From assembly GCA_030606485.1 (NCBI GenBank), contig JAUWGH010000005.1:270001-302000 (forward strand): a stretch of 32,000 bases of DNA, read 5' to 3'. This document shows, piece by piece, positions 1 to 9,071 of the stretch (positions within the stretch are counted from its first letter, which is position 1; every line of letters starts with the position of its first letter). This DNA is from Promethearchaeota archaeon (lineage in GTDB: Archaea; Asgardarchaeota; Lokiarchaeia; Sigyniarchaeales; SOKP01). The notes beneath the pieces were generated by a model. It was not told the DNA's origin, did no database searches, and worked only from the letters and a program-made list of their open reading frames with translations. A program made the position numbers and the translations under genes.

Positions 1-3
1 CAC

Positions 4-1458
4 ATGACTCAATTTGATGACATATTTAAAGGTGCTCTCAATGAAATTCTTCCTACAAAGCAAGAAATAGAAAAGCATAAAGAAATTATTGATTTTTTGA
101 CCAAATTACTAACACAAAAGGCAAAAGAATTGGGAATTACCTTTAAATTTATTGAGCCTCAAGGTTCAACAGGAATTAAACAAACTCAATTGAGAAACAC
201 ATCTGATATTGATTTGTTTATTGGAATGGATTTTAAATCGTTTATGGAAGAAAAAATAAGTAAAACTAAATTAAAACAAAAATTGAAAAGTAAATTTAGA
301 GAACTCTGTGAAACTTGGATAATTAAAGCTATAGAAAAGCACGATTTTAAGAATATTATATTACTTTATGCAGAACATCCTTATGTCTCTGCGGAATATA
401 TTGATTCAGAAGGAATAACTGAAATTGATATTGTTCTCTGCTTTGCTTTATCTAAGGAATACTTATTGGAAAATGGTCCAATAACGGCTGTTGATAGAAC
501 TCCTTGGCATACTCGATTTGTTAGAGATAATTTAACTAAGGAACAAAAGAATGAAGTAAGATTATTAAAACAATTTTTTAAATGCTGTTATTCCTATGGA
601 GATAAAAGTCCTGTTGGAAGGATAGGGTTCATAGGATACAGTTCAGAATTATTAATTTATCATTTCAGAAATTTATTAAATTTATTTGAGTATTTTGATG
701 AATTGGAATATCAATCCATCGATTTTTTTAGTAGAAATACTAAAGAATTAAAAAAAAAGCCTCGATTTATTAATGATTTTCTAATTATAATTGATCCCAC
801 AGACAAAAACAGAAATGTAGCAGCTGCAATATCAAAAAAAGCATATTATTATTGTAAAGATAAAGTTAAGCAATTTTTAAAAGATCCAGACATTTCATAT
901 TTTCAAATTAAATCCTTACCAATTGTTGATTTTAATTTGGTAAAGAAAGAAGCGATATTTGACCATCTTTTTTTAATTGAATTCAAAAATGAAAATTTAG
1001 AGGTTCATTATACAGAATTACGAGATAAATTATATTCTTTTGGAGAAAAGGTAAAAAGTAGTGGCGAAATAGAAAAATCTAAAGACCCTAGATTTGGAAA
1101 AATTACTTTTGAAGTTTATTTCGAAACTGATAAAAGTTTTTATGCAATCTCATTTTTTTGCGAAAATCCAAAAATTTCAGAGAAATTTCTTAGGCGTGGT
1201 CCACCAGTTAAGGAAAAATTACATGCGAAGCAATTTAAAAAGAAAAACCCTAATTATCTTCTAAAAGAAAACTTTCTTTATATAGAAGAGAAGCGAAGAT
1301 TCATTAAATTTTTAGACTTTTTAAATGATATTTCAATAAATAAAGCACCGAAAGAATTTGATATAATTAACGTTTCAAATTGTTATCATGCAAAGACTGA
1401 TGTTGGAAAGAGATGTGTTTATGTTCTAAAGGAAATGGTACTTCCTTACATCAAATAA
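4..1458 (+). CDS. cca: Archaeal (class I) CCA-adding enzyme / tRNA nucleotidyltransferase
   Basis: Nucleotidyltransferase motif QGSTGIKQTQLRNTSDIDLF, plus AEHPYV, DRTPWHTRFV, VRLLKQFFK, GFIGYSSELLI, IIDPTDKNRNVAAA and the C-terminal RGPP..HAKQF motif typical of archaeal CCA enzymes. Confidence 0.93.
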   Translation: MTQFDDIFKGALNEILPTKQEIEKHKEIIDFLTKLLTQKAKELGITFKFIEPQGSTGIKQTQLRNTSDIDLFIGMDFKSFMEEKISKTKLKQKLKSKFRELCETWIIKAIEKHDFKNIILLYAEHPYVSAEYIDSEGITEIDIVLCFALSKEYLLENGPITAVDRTPWHTRFVRDNLTKEQKNEVRLLKQFFKCCYSYGDKSPVGRIGFIGYSSELLIYHFRNLLNLFEYFDELEYQSIDFFSRNTKELKKKPRFINDFLIIIDPTDKNRNVAAAISKKAYYYCKDKVKQFLKDPDISYFQIKSLPIVDFNLVKKEAIFDHLFLIEFKNENLEVHYTELRDKLYSFGEKVKSSGEIEKSKDPRFGKITFEVYFETDKSFYAISFFCENPKISEKFLRRGPPVKEKLHAKQFKKKNPNYLLKENFLYIEEKRRFIKFLDFLNDISINKAPKEFDIINVSNCYHAKTDVGKRCVYVLKEMVLPYIK

Positions 1459-1756
1459 TTAATTTAACTTGTTTTTTCTAAAGTTTTTACCTAACTAATA
1501 TTTAAGAAATATTTTTTTGAATTCTTACTTGGTAATCAATTTACATGGATTTTACCTACAAATTATAAATTGTTTAAATATCATATCTAAATAATTTTTA
1601 CTTTAATTTTTTAATTGTTATTTTGGAATACTCGCGTTGATATAAAAGTATAGCATTATTTGAGTGTTCTTATTTTTAAAAATCGCAAAATTTTTATTTT
1701 TCTTCATATTTAAAAATGTAATTAGATGAACGAATAAATAAGTTGAAAAAATTACA

Positions 1757-4000
1757 ATGGTAAAAGTAAAAAATCCCGAAGAAATCCGGAGTCTAGTGAT
1801 TAGCGGACCTTATGAGAAGAAAAGGATCTTCTCAATTGTTGCGCATATCGACCATGGGAAAACAACAACTACAGATTATCTTTTAGAAAGAGCGGGGCTT
1901 ATGCGAGAAGAAGATGCAGGTCTACTCCTTGCGACCGACTCGGATGAAGAAGAACAAGAAAGGGGTATTACGATATTTACAAGCGTTGTATTACTTGCTT
2001 TTACTGATTCAAGAACCTCAGACGATGAGGAACCTTATATATTTATGATTAATGACACTCCTGGACATATTTCATTTACTGGTGAAGTATCACGTGCATT
2101 AAGGGCTTCAGATGGTTGTATAATCTTGGTAGATGCCTTGGAAGGAGTAATGACTCAAACTGAAACGAATATTAGATTAAGCGTTGGAGAAGAATTATGT
2201 AAGCCCGTTTTATTCATTAATAAAGTTGACAGATTAATTAACGAATTAAAACTCAGTCCCAAGCAGGTTTATGAGAGAATAGATAAGATTCAAAATGAGG
2301 TTAATGAATTAATAAAAAAGATCGCCCCGAAAGGAATTGATTGGAGAGTTTCATTTCCAAATAATAGTGTTGCAATTGGTTCCGCGAAGGATGGTTGGGG
2401 CTTCACCCTTGCAATTCTTAATGAAAAAAATATTAAACCAACCTTTGTTTTTGAGAAATATAACGAAGGAGATATTGCATATTTGAGAAAGAATCTCAGA
2501 TTAGATGAGGCTCTATTAAGAATGGTTGTAGATCATCTTCCAGATCCATTAACAGCATCAAAATATCGAATTCCAAAAATCTGGTCTGAAGGTGATTTAG
2601 ATTCAGAACTAGGCCAAGCATTATTAAATTGTGATCCAAATGGGCCGTTATATGGAATGATAACGAAAATATTTATTGATCCTAAGTCTTTTCGTGCAAC
2701 TTTAATAGGTAGAGTATTTTCTGGGACGCTAAATGCTTCAGATTCAATATATTTATTAGGCAAAAAAGAAAAAGTACGGATAAAACGTTTAGGTGTTATG
2801 GAAATAACCGATATTTTAGATACTGGAAAAATCCCCGCAGGTAATCTTTTCGCAATATATGGTTTTATTTGTCCTACTGGAGAAACTTTCGTTGCAGCAA
2901 ATATGGCACCAGCTAAGGGGGAATATTTCCCATCATTTGAGCAAATTAAATATGCTTGTGAACCTGTAGTATCACGAAGTATAAAACCAAAGGATCATCA
3001 AGATTTAGCAAAATTAGGAGAGGTTGTGCAAAAATGGTTAATGGCTGATACTACTGCCGAATTTAGATTAGATGAAGAATCTGGCGAATATATATTGTCT
3101 GGTATTGACCCTCTTCAGATAGATATTTTAACAAAACGTATTAATAAACAAGTACCAATTGAAGTTGGAGATCCGATTATTGTATATCGTGAGAAAATCG
3201 AAAAGTCAACCTCCAACGTTCATACAAAATCTGCAAATGTTCACAACAAATTTCTTATGCATATTGAATCTCTTGATGATACTTCCTTAGAACTAATCAT
3301 GTCGGGGAGAATTGGACAATATATGCCTGAGAAAGAGAGAGCAAAAATTCTTAGAGAAGAGGCTGGTTGGGATACAAAAGAAGCTAGAAGGATTGTAGAT
3401 ATATATAAAGGAAATGTTCTAATCAATGGAACGATGGGATTGCAAAGATTTAACAGAGTTAAATCTTATTTAGTTGCGGCGTTTCGCGATTGGACTCAAA
3501 GTTGCGTTTTAGCTAAAGAACCTGCTTTAGGTTTAAAAATAATTTTTACTGATATGGTTATTCACGAGGATCCAAGGCATACTCAATATAATCAAATAGC
3601 TGGGATGGTTTTTTCAGGTTTTTCCTTAGCATTTCTAAAAGGTGATCCACAAATGTATGAACCTATTCAGAGGGTCGATATTAAAACTCCCGCAGGGACG
3701 GAATCGGGTATCATTTCGATTTTAAACCAACATCGAGGAAAAGTTGTGAATGTTAGTTCTGATGCCGATTATGTGACAGTTCATGGTGAAATTCCTGCTT
3801 CGGAAACGCTAGGAATTGATGACGATTTTAGAGGTGCTACACAAGGTCGTGCCTTTTTTGGTTATGAATTTAAAGCGTTTGAAAGAGTTCCAACTAAAAT
3901 GCAGGAAGAATTAATCTTGGATATTAGAAAGAGAAAAGGTATGAAGGTTGAATTACCGAATCCTAAGCCATGGGAACGTTTTATCTACAAACGAACTTAA
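1757..4000 (+). CDS. fusA: Translation elongation factor EF-2 family GTPase, probably the divergent Asgard paralog (aEF-2p-like)
   Basis: G1 AHIDHGKTT, G2 RGITI, G3 DTPGH, G4 NKVD; 747 aa with EF-2 domains II-V (GRVFSG, YRE, EPIQRV, TQGRA). The diphthamide loop reads HEDPRHTQ instead of HxDxxHRG. Confidence 0.92.
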   Translation: MVKVKNPEEIRSLVISGPYEKKRIFSIVAHIDHGKTTTTDYLLERAGLMREEDAGLLLATDSDEEEQERGITIFTSVVLLAFTDSRTSDDEEPYIFMINDTPGHISFTGEVSRALRASDGCIILVDALEGVMTQTETNIRLSVGEELCKPVLFINKVDRLINELKLSPKQVYERIDKIQNEVNELIKKIAPKGIDWRVSFPNNSVAIGSAKDGWGFTLAILNEKNIKPTFVFEKYNEGDIAYLRKNLRLDEALLRMVVDHLPDPLTASKYRIPKIWSEGDLDSELGQALLNCDPNGPLYGMITKIFIDPKSFRATLIGRVFSGTLNASDSIYLLGKKEKVRIKRLGVMEITDILDTGKIPAGNLFAIYGFICPTGETFVAANMAPAKGEYFPSFEQIKYACEPVVSRSIKPKDHQDLAKLGEVVQKWLMADTTAEFRLDEESGEYILSGIDPLQIDILTKRINKQVPIEVGDPIIVYREKIEKSTSNVHTKSANVHNKFLMHIESLDDTSLELIMSGRIGQYMPEKERAKILREEAGWDTKEARRIVDIYKGNVLINGTMGLQRFNRVKSYLVAAFRDWTQSCVLAKEPALGLKIIFTDMVIHEDPRHTQYNQIAGMVFSGFSLAFLKGDPQMYEPIQRVDIKTPAGTESGIISILNQHRGKVVNVSSDADYVTVHGEIPASETLGIDDDFRGATQGRAFFGYEFKAFERVPTKMQEELILDIRKRKGMKVELPNPKPWERFIYKRT

Positions 4001-4017
4001 TTTTTTTATCATTTTTT
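4001..4017 (+). terminator. Oligo-T archaeal-type terminator after EF-2
   Basis: TTTTTTTATCATTTTTT immediately after the TAA stop; AT-rich background lowers specificity. Confidence 0.45.
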
Positions 4018-4219
4018 AATTTATCTTATTTCTAAATTCCAGTAATTTATCAAAATTTGACCGATTAATATAAATTATTCCTATTGATTACTTATTTATA
4101 AGGATTTTACTATTTTTCATTCTCAATAAGGAAAATTTCAATAGGAAAATAAATTTAAAATTATATTATTCAAAATATAGATTAATTCTCTATTAAATAA
4201 AAATAAAGGTAATAAAGAT

Positions 4220-5116
4220 ATGCAAGATGGCGAACGAGAAGAGGAAATTGATGAGAAAATTGACAAATCTGAAAATGAGGAAGATCAAAATATAGCTCTT
4301 GAAACTTATATGAAAGAAATGGATATGCTTTCTGAGGATTTTTCAGATTTAAGTGATTTCGATATTGAAGAATTACAGGATATTAAAGAAGCCATTGAAG
4401 AAGTTAGGAGAGGAAAAATGAAAGAAGAAATCTCAGAAGATCAAACAGAGGAAGCAGCAGTCTCTGAGGAAATATCCATTGAAGATTCAGAGTTAATAGC
4501 ATATTTAGATGAAAGAGAACAATTATCCCAAGACTTTACAGATATTCAAGAACTTGATTTAGATGAATTAAGGGACATGAAAGAGGCAATAGCAACGATA
4601 AAAAGTGAGACTGAAAATATAGAATCTATAGAGAAATCAGAACATCCTATTTCAGAAGGATTAGAACAAAAAATACGATTAGAATTAGAAAAAAGGAAAG
4701 AAATTCAAAAAAAGAAGGAAGTAACAGTTGAGGATTTTCAAAACTATATTAAAGATAAACGTGAAAAAATTTGGTATCATTCTTTATATCATCTGGTGTT
4801 CGGGACGGAAGATCACAGTGCCTTAAAAGAAGGATTATATGATATCTTAAAGGAGACTACAAGTAGAAGCCCATTTGATGATATACCTCAACAACAATTT
4901 TATTTTGGGTTAGGTTATCTCCTTAGATTAAAATTACATGATAAAGATATTATAAGATATAAAGGAGGAAAATTCAAAATAAATGTTAATGTAGATACTT
5001 TAAAGAGAATTTTAGAAGAAAATGGAGAACCTATAAGCCGACGCCCAATTATACCAAAAGATGAACAAGATAAAATGATCTCAGATTTTTTAAAAGATGA
5101 TTTTGAAGATATTTAA
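4220..5116 (+). CDS. Hypothetical protein: very acidic N-terminal half with a 37-aa internal duplication, globular C-terminal domain
   Basis: 298-aa ORF with a D/E-rich N-terminus and repeats at aa 27-63 and 92-128; function not recognised. Confidence 0.8.
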   Translation: MQDGEREEEIDEKIDKSENEEDQNIALETYMKEMDMLSEDFSDLSDFDIEELQDIKEAIEEVRRGKMKEEISEDQTEEAAVSEEISIEDSELIAYLDEREQLSQDFTDIQELDLDELRDMKEAIATIKSETENIESIEKSEHPISEGLEQKIRLELEKRKEIQKKKEVTVEDFQNYIKDKREKIWYHSLYHLVFGTEDHSALKEGLYDILKETTSRSPFDDIPQQQFYFGLGYLLRLKLHDKDIIRYKGGKFKINVNVDTLKRILEENGEPISRRPIIPKDEQDKMISDFLKDDFEDI

Positions 5117-5164
5117 TTAAAAATCTAATTAATAAAACAAACACTTTTTATGTGAAAATAATTT

Positions 5165-5815
5165 ATGACTTCTGAGGAACAATTAAAGCCTGTTTTGATA
5201 ATTATTGGAAATTCTAATGTTGGGAAGACTAGTATCACACGTTATTTAGTTAGTAATCCCAAAAAATTTAAGGGGAAAACTGGAAAAATCCCCGGCACTA
5301 CTTTATTATTAAAAAAAATTCAAGACCCCTTGATGCCCTTTGATATTTTGGATTTACCAGGTTTCGGGTTTATGAAGAGGTCGAGTAGAAGAAGAACAGA
5401 ACATATAAAGAAAATGATTATAATCCATATAGAAAAACATTTTAAAGAATTCTTTTTAGGAATAGTTGTAGTAAATGCCCTCAGGATTAGGGATGAGTTG
5501 GAAAAGTGGTTTTATAAAAGTGAGGAGACCATACCACTTACATTTGAATTCATTAATTTATTCAAAGAATTCAATACACCAGTATTAGTTGTATTAAATA
5601 AAATTGATAAATTAAATTTAATTGATAGAAAAAAAATAGAAACATTCTTTTTTGATAGTGCTACAAAATTTGGTCTAAAACTAGTAAAATTTAATGAGTT
5701 TAAAGGTTTTGATAGTAGTGCTTTTCCAGTTCTTATGACTTCTGCTCTTAAAAAAATTGGCATTAAAGAATTGAAAGAAATAGTTGAGTCTCAGTTTAAA
5801 AAAATAACTCCATAA
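5165..5815 (+). CDS. engB: Ribosome-biogenesis GTPase EngB/YihA/YsxC family
   Basis: G1 GNSNVGKTS, G2 GKIPGTT, G3 DLPGFGFM, G4 NKID, G5 TSALK; 216 aa. Confidence 0.85.
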   Translation: MTSEEQLKPVLIIIGNSNVGKTSITRYLVSNPKKFKGKTGKIPGTTLLLKKIQDPLMPFDILDLPGFGFMKRSSRRRTEHIKKMIIIHIEKHFKEFFLGIVVVNALRIRDELEKWFYKSEETIPLTFEFINLFKEFNTPVLVVLNKIDKLNLIDRKKIETFFFDSATKFGLKLVKFNEFKGFDSSAFPVLMTSALKKIGIKELKEIVESQFKKITP

Positions 5816-5915
5816 TAGTCGTGATAATAAGTCTTTTGTTTGAAAAAATCATTTAATTAGAAATAAGTAAAATTTCATTTATTTGATCAACCAATTGATC
5901 ACAAGTAAAAGTAAA

Positions 5916-7196
5916 TTAATTACTTATTTCTAATTTTTTTTTATCCCAATTAACTCCAAGAAGTACATCTCGACTTCTCTCGTTCTTATATAGAATAGGG
6001 AAATTTCCTAAATTACTTATTTTTTCTGCGAATTCTTTTATATCTTCAAATTCTGGGAAATAGAAATCTAGATCTTCAGAAGATTTTAGGCGTTCTTTAA
6101 TTAATAATGCTTTAGCTTGAAGTGTAAATCCTTTAATATCTAAGAAGTTAGGTTTTGCCCGTTTTATTATGTCTAAATATTCTTTAACAAATATTTCCTT
6201 TAGATTTAAATTTTTAACTGCAGTTATTCGGATAACTGTTCTACATGATAATGAGCCTAATAAATCCATAGTCTTCATTAATTTTTCCCAGCTATTTTTA
6301 AGCATAGGTCTGCAAATTTTTTTATAAGTTTTTTCATTAGAGGCTGATAGAGAAATATATAATTGAGAAGGAAAATACTCTATTGATTCGATTCTCTCAG
6401 GGAATGTGCCATTTGAAACAATAAAAGTCGTCATTTTTCGCTTTTTAAATTCTGCAACAAAATCAGAGAGTAAAGGATATAAAAAAGGTTCCCCATCAAG
6501 TGATATTGCCGCATGTTTTGGTTTCATTGATTCTTCATGAACCTTTTCAATTTCTCTTAAAGTCGTGATATTTTTATTTACTAAAGGTTCAATATCCACG
6601 TCAGACTTTATTTGTCTTTTGATGCTTTTCTTTATAAAATAATGGTTAATATCACCCTCAATATAATCCAAAAACCCCATATTTTTTAGAAATACTATAG
6701 CCCGATCTATTTTGGTTTTACTGGCATCTATTATTCTTGATATTGATTGAATTGATTCAGATTTATTATTTTTCAATATATATTTCAGAATTTTAATTAT
6801 AATATGATAATTATCAATGTATCTCTTTAATGGTAAATGATTTTGAATAAGATTTTTTTGATGTCGAATCATTTCATTAACCAATTGCTTGGGTTCATCT
6901 GGTACAACATTAAAGGTAGCACCCAATGAACTCTGAAGATCTCGCCAACAAAATACACATTGATGATTACAAAAAGGAACAGATGGCGTATTTTGCAGAC
7001 ATAAATTACTTTTTACACCAAAAATACCTTTATAACAATTTTGATTATCTCTTCCGGTCATTAACCGCTGTTCTAACCAGTGACATGGTTTTATCGCCGA
7101 ATGTTTATTTTTCCCAACAATACGATAATTAGATTTTAGGTAATCTTGTATAAATTGCTCCGTTATTTCATTTTTCCACTTTTTTTCTGTGCTCAT
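5916..7196 (-). CDS. taw1: 4-demethylwyosine synthase Taw1/TYW1 (radical SAM, tRNA-Phe G37 modification) with an internal insertion
   Basis: YRIVGKNKHSAIKPCHW, CYK (catalytic Lys), CLQNTP, CNHQCVFCWR (CxxxCxxC), HAAISLDGEP, FIVSNGT, QLYISLSA, RTVIRIT. Confidence 0.92.
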   Translation of the reverse strand: MSTEKKWKNEITEQFIQDYLKSNYRIVGKNKHSAIKPCHWLEQRLMTGRDNQNCYKGIFGVKSNLCLQNTPSVPFCNHQCVFCWRDLQSSLGATFNVVPDEPKQLVNEMIRHQKNLIQNHLPLKRYIDNYHIIIKILKYILKNNKSESIQSISRIIDASKTKIDRAIVFLKNMGFLDYIEGDINHYFIKKSIKRQIKSDVDIEPLVNKNITTLREIEKVHEESMKPKHAAISLDGEPFLYPLLSDFVAEFKKRKMTTFIVSNGTFPERIESIEYFPSQLYISLSASNEKTYKKICRPMLKNSWEKLMKTMDLLGSLSCRTVIRITAVKNLNLKEIFVKEYLDIIKRAKPNFLDIKGFTLQAKALLIKERLKSSEDLDFYFPEFEDIKEFAEKISNLGNFPILYKNERSRDVLLGVNWDKKKLEISN

Positions 7197-7293
7197 CTAA
7201 TTTAATTTAAGTATTTTAATTAATATAAATTAAGTATTTTAGAGGAAAAAATGAATATTTAATACTAGCCTTAAAATTAAAATCTAATCAAAT

Positions 7294-8178
7294 GTGATTA
7301 TAATGGTTGAAAAAATCAAATCCGGCTTACTTAATCTGGGATTAAAATTCATCTCTATTGAAGAGAAATTATTCCGAATGTTTTTGGAGACTTCACCAAC
7401 TAAGGTTAATGAAATTGTTATTTTACCCGCAGTAAAGCTTGTAATGGAAAAAGTCGTTAAAAGATTAAAAAATAAAATAAAACATGGAAATGTCTATAAT
7501 GGTAAATTAGGTGACATAGAAGTCAGTGTAATTCAGAGTTTAGTTGGCACACCCTATATTGCTGAAAAATTGGAGTGTTTAAAATTTACAAAATGTAAGG
7601 TGATTATTCGAACAGATTTTTGTGGTGGGTTAAATATTCCTAGCCGATCAATTGAGCCGGGAGAAATAATAATTCCTGAGAGTGCGTTCTGCGGAGATGG
7701 TGTGTCCCCCTATTATATTCTGAAATATTATGAAGAACTTAAGAATTTAGAATTTATAAAAAATCCTATTGAAGGAATAAGTAAAATTAAAGCAGGAAAC
7801 GAGAGGATATATAAAATATCTCCATCAAATGAGCTGAATGAAATTTTATTAAATACTGCTAGAAGTTTATATTCAAATAAGATATTAACCGGACCAATCT
7901 GGACTACCGGTGCTTTATTTTTGGAAACGGAAGATGTTGCAAAATCCTGGATAAAAGAGGGGATAATTGGAGTTGATATGGAAAGCTCTTTATTGTTTTT
8001 ACTGGGTCAATTATTTAATATTAAAACGGCTTCTGTAATCTCAGTCTCAGATGTAGTAGGACATGAAAAATATGATATATTTAAATCAAATTATATACAT
8101 CCAGAAATATTCACTGGAATCGATAGGACTATTGAGATTGTAATTAATTCTTTAAAAAAAATCAAAAATATTCTTTAA
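7294..8178 (+). CDS. Nucleoside phosphorylase-like protein (PNP/UDP family 1); start may be ATG 7303
   Basis: IIRTDFCGGL, GEIIIPESAFCGDGVS, GPIWTTGALFLET, GVDMESSLLF, SVISVSD follow the PNP/UDP motif order. Confidence 0.8.
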   Translation: MIIMVEKIKSGLLNLGLKFISIEEKLFRMFLETSPTKVNEIVILPAVKLVMEKVVKRLKNKIKHGNVYNGKLGDIEVSVIQSLVGTPYIAEKLECLKFTKCKVIIRTDFCGGLNIPSRSIEPGEIIIPESAFCGDGVSPYYILKYYEELKNLEFIKNPIEGISKIKAGNERIYKISPSNELNEILLNTARSLYSNKILTGPIWTTGALFLETEDVAKSWIKEGIIGVDMESSLLFLLGQLFNIKTASVISVSDVVGHEKYDIFKSNYIHPEIFTGIDRTIEIVINSLKKIKNIL

Positions 8179-8202
8179 TTTAAACTAAAATTTAAAAAAA
8201 AT

Positions 8203-9057
8203 TTAAGCTTCAATAAATTTTGGCTCTTGAAAATTTTGATTATATTGTTTTAAAAGATTTAAGTTTACATTATATATATTTTTCCCCTTCCCTTCCACCG
8301 ACTTGAGGAGATCGAAATTTAACAAGCGTTTAATATGATATTGAATTGTCCCATGGAAAACTTCTAAATCATTAGCAATTGCAGTAATTTTTTTAGAAGG
8401 TTCTTGGATAAAGGCTTTTAGAATCGCAGGTATTAAATTATTCTGGAATAATATTACTAAAACTTCGTATTCTTCAGGAAAGTCCTTTAGAAAGTAATAT
8501 AATGTTTTTCCAAATTTTCTTGATCTTACAATTTCAAATTTTTCAAGAACAATCAAATATTTTATAAAAGGATTTCTTGTAATTTTGAGTTCTGATTCTA
8601 TCTTTTTACTTCTACCATGAATACCTGGATTAGATTCTATAAATTTAATAATTTCTTGATATTTTGGATTATTCAAAATCTCTTCTTTTGTTCTTCTCTC
8701 ATTAGTCACAATCCATTTTTTCTGTTCTAATGACCGAATCGCTAAAAATAATTCTTCCTTACTATAGCCCCTTGAATATGATAATTTTGCAATACAATCT
8801 GCATATAGCTTTTCTACCAATGGAGGTAAAGTCTCAACTCTTTCAACAGAGATTTTTGAATCAAATTTTTTTAATTTCAATGTTTTTTTGGCAATCTTTA
8901 GAACATCCTTCTCAATTTGAGATAATTCTTCAAAATCAGAAATCTTTTCAATAATATCAACTTTTTCTTTAATTATTTGAACTCTATTAGTTGATTTTTC
9001 TTCTATTTCTGATTTTTCTTTATCTCTTCTTTCTTGTAACGACATTTTTTTCACCAT
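8203..9057 (-). CDS. Multi-winged-helix transcriptional regulator (ArsR-like/COG3398-type)
   Basis: Two clear wHTH units (IIKFIESNPGIH...LIVLEKFEIVRS and ILKAFIQEP..ITAIANDLEVFHGTIQYHIKRLLNFDLL) and a possible third upstream (YSKEELFLAIRSLEQKKWI). Confidence 0.75.
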   Translation of the reverse strand: MVKKMSLQERRDKEKSEIEEKSTNRVQIIKEKVDIIEKISDFEELSQIEKDVLKIAKKTLKLKKFDSKISVERVETLPPLVEKLYADCIAKLSYSRGYSKEELFLAIRSLEQKKWIVTNERRTKEEILNNPKYQEIIKFIESNPGIHGRSKKIESELKITRNPFIKYLIVLEKFEIVRSRKFGKTLYYFLKDFPEEYEVLVILFQNNLIPAILKAFIQEPSKKITAIANDLEVFHGTIQYHIKRLLNFDLLKSVEGKGKNIYNVNLNLLKQYNQNFQEPKFIEA

Positions 9058-9071
9058 ATTCTTATGAAAAT

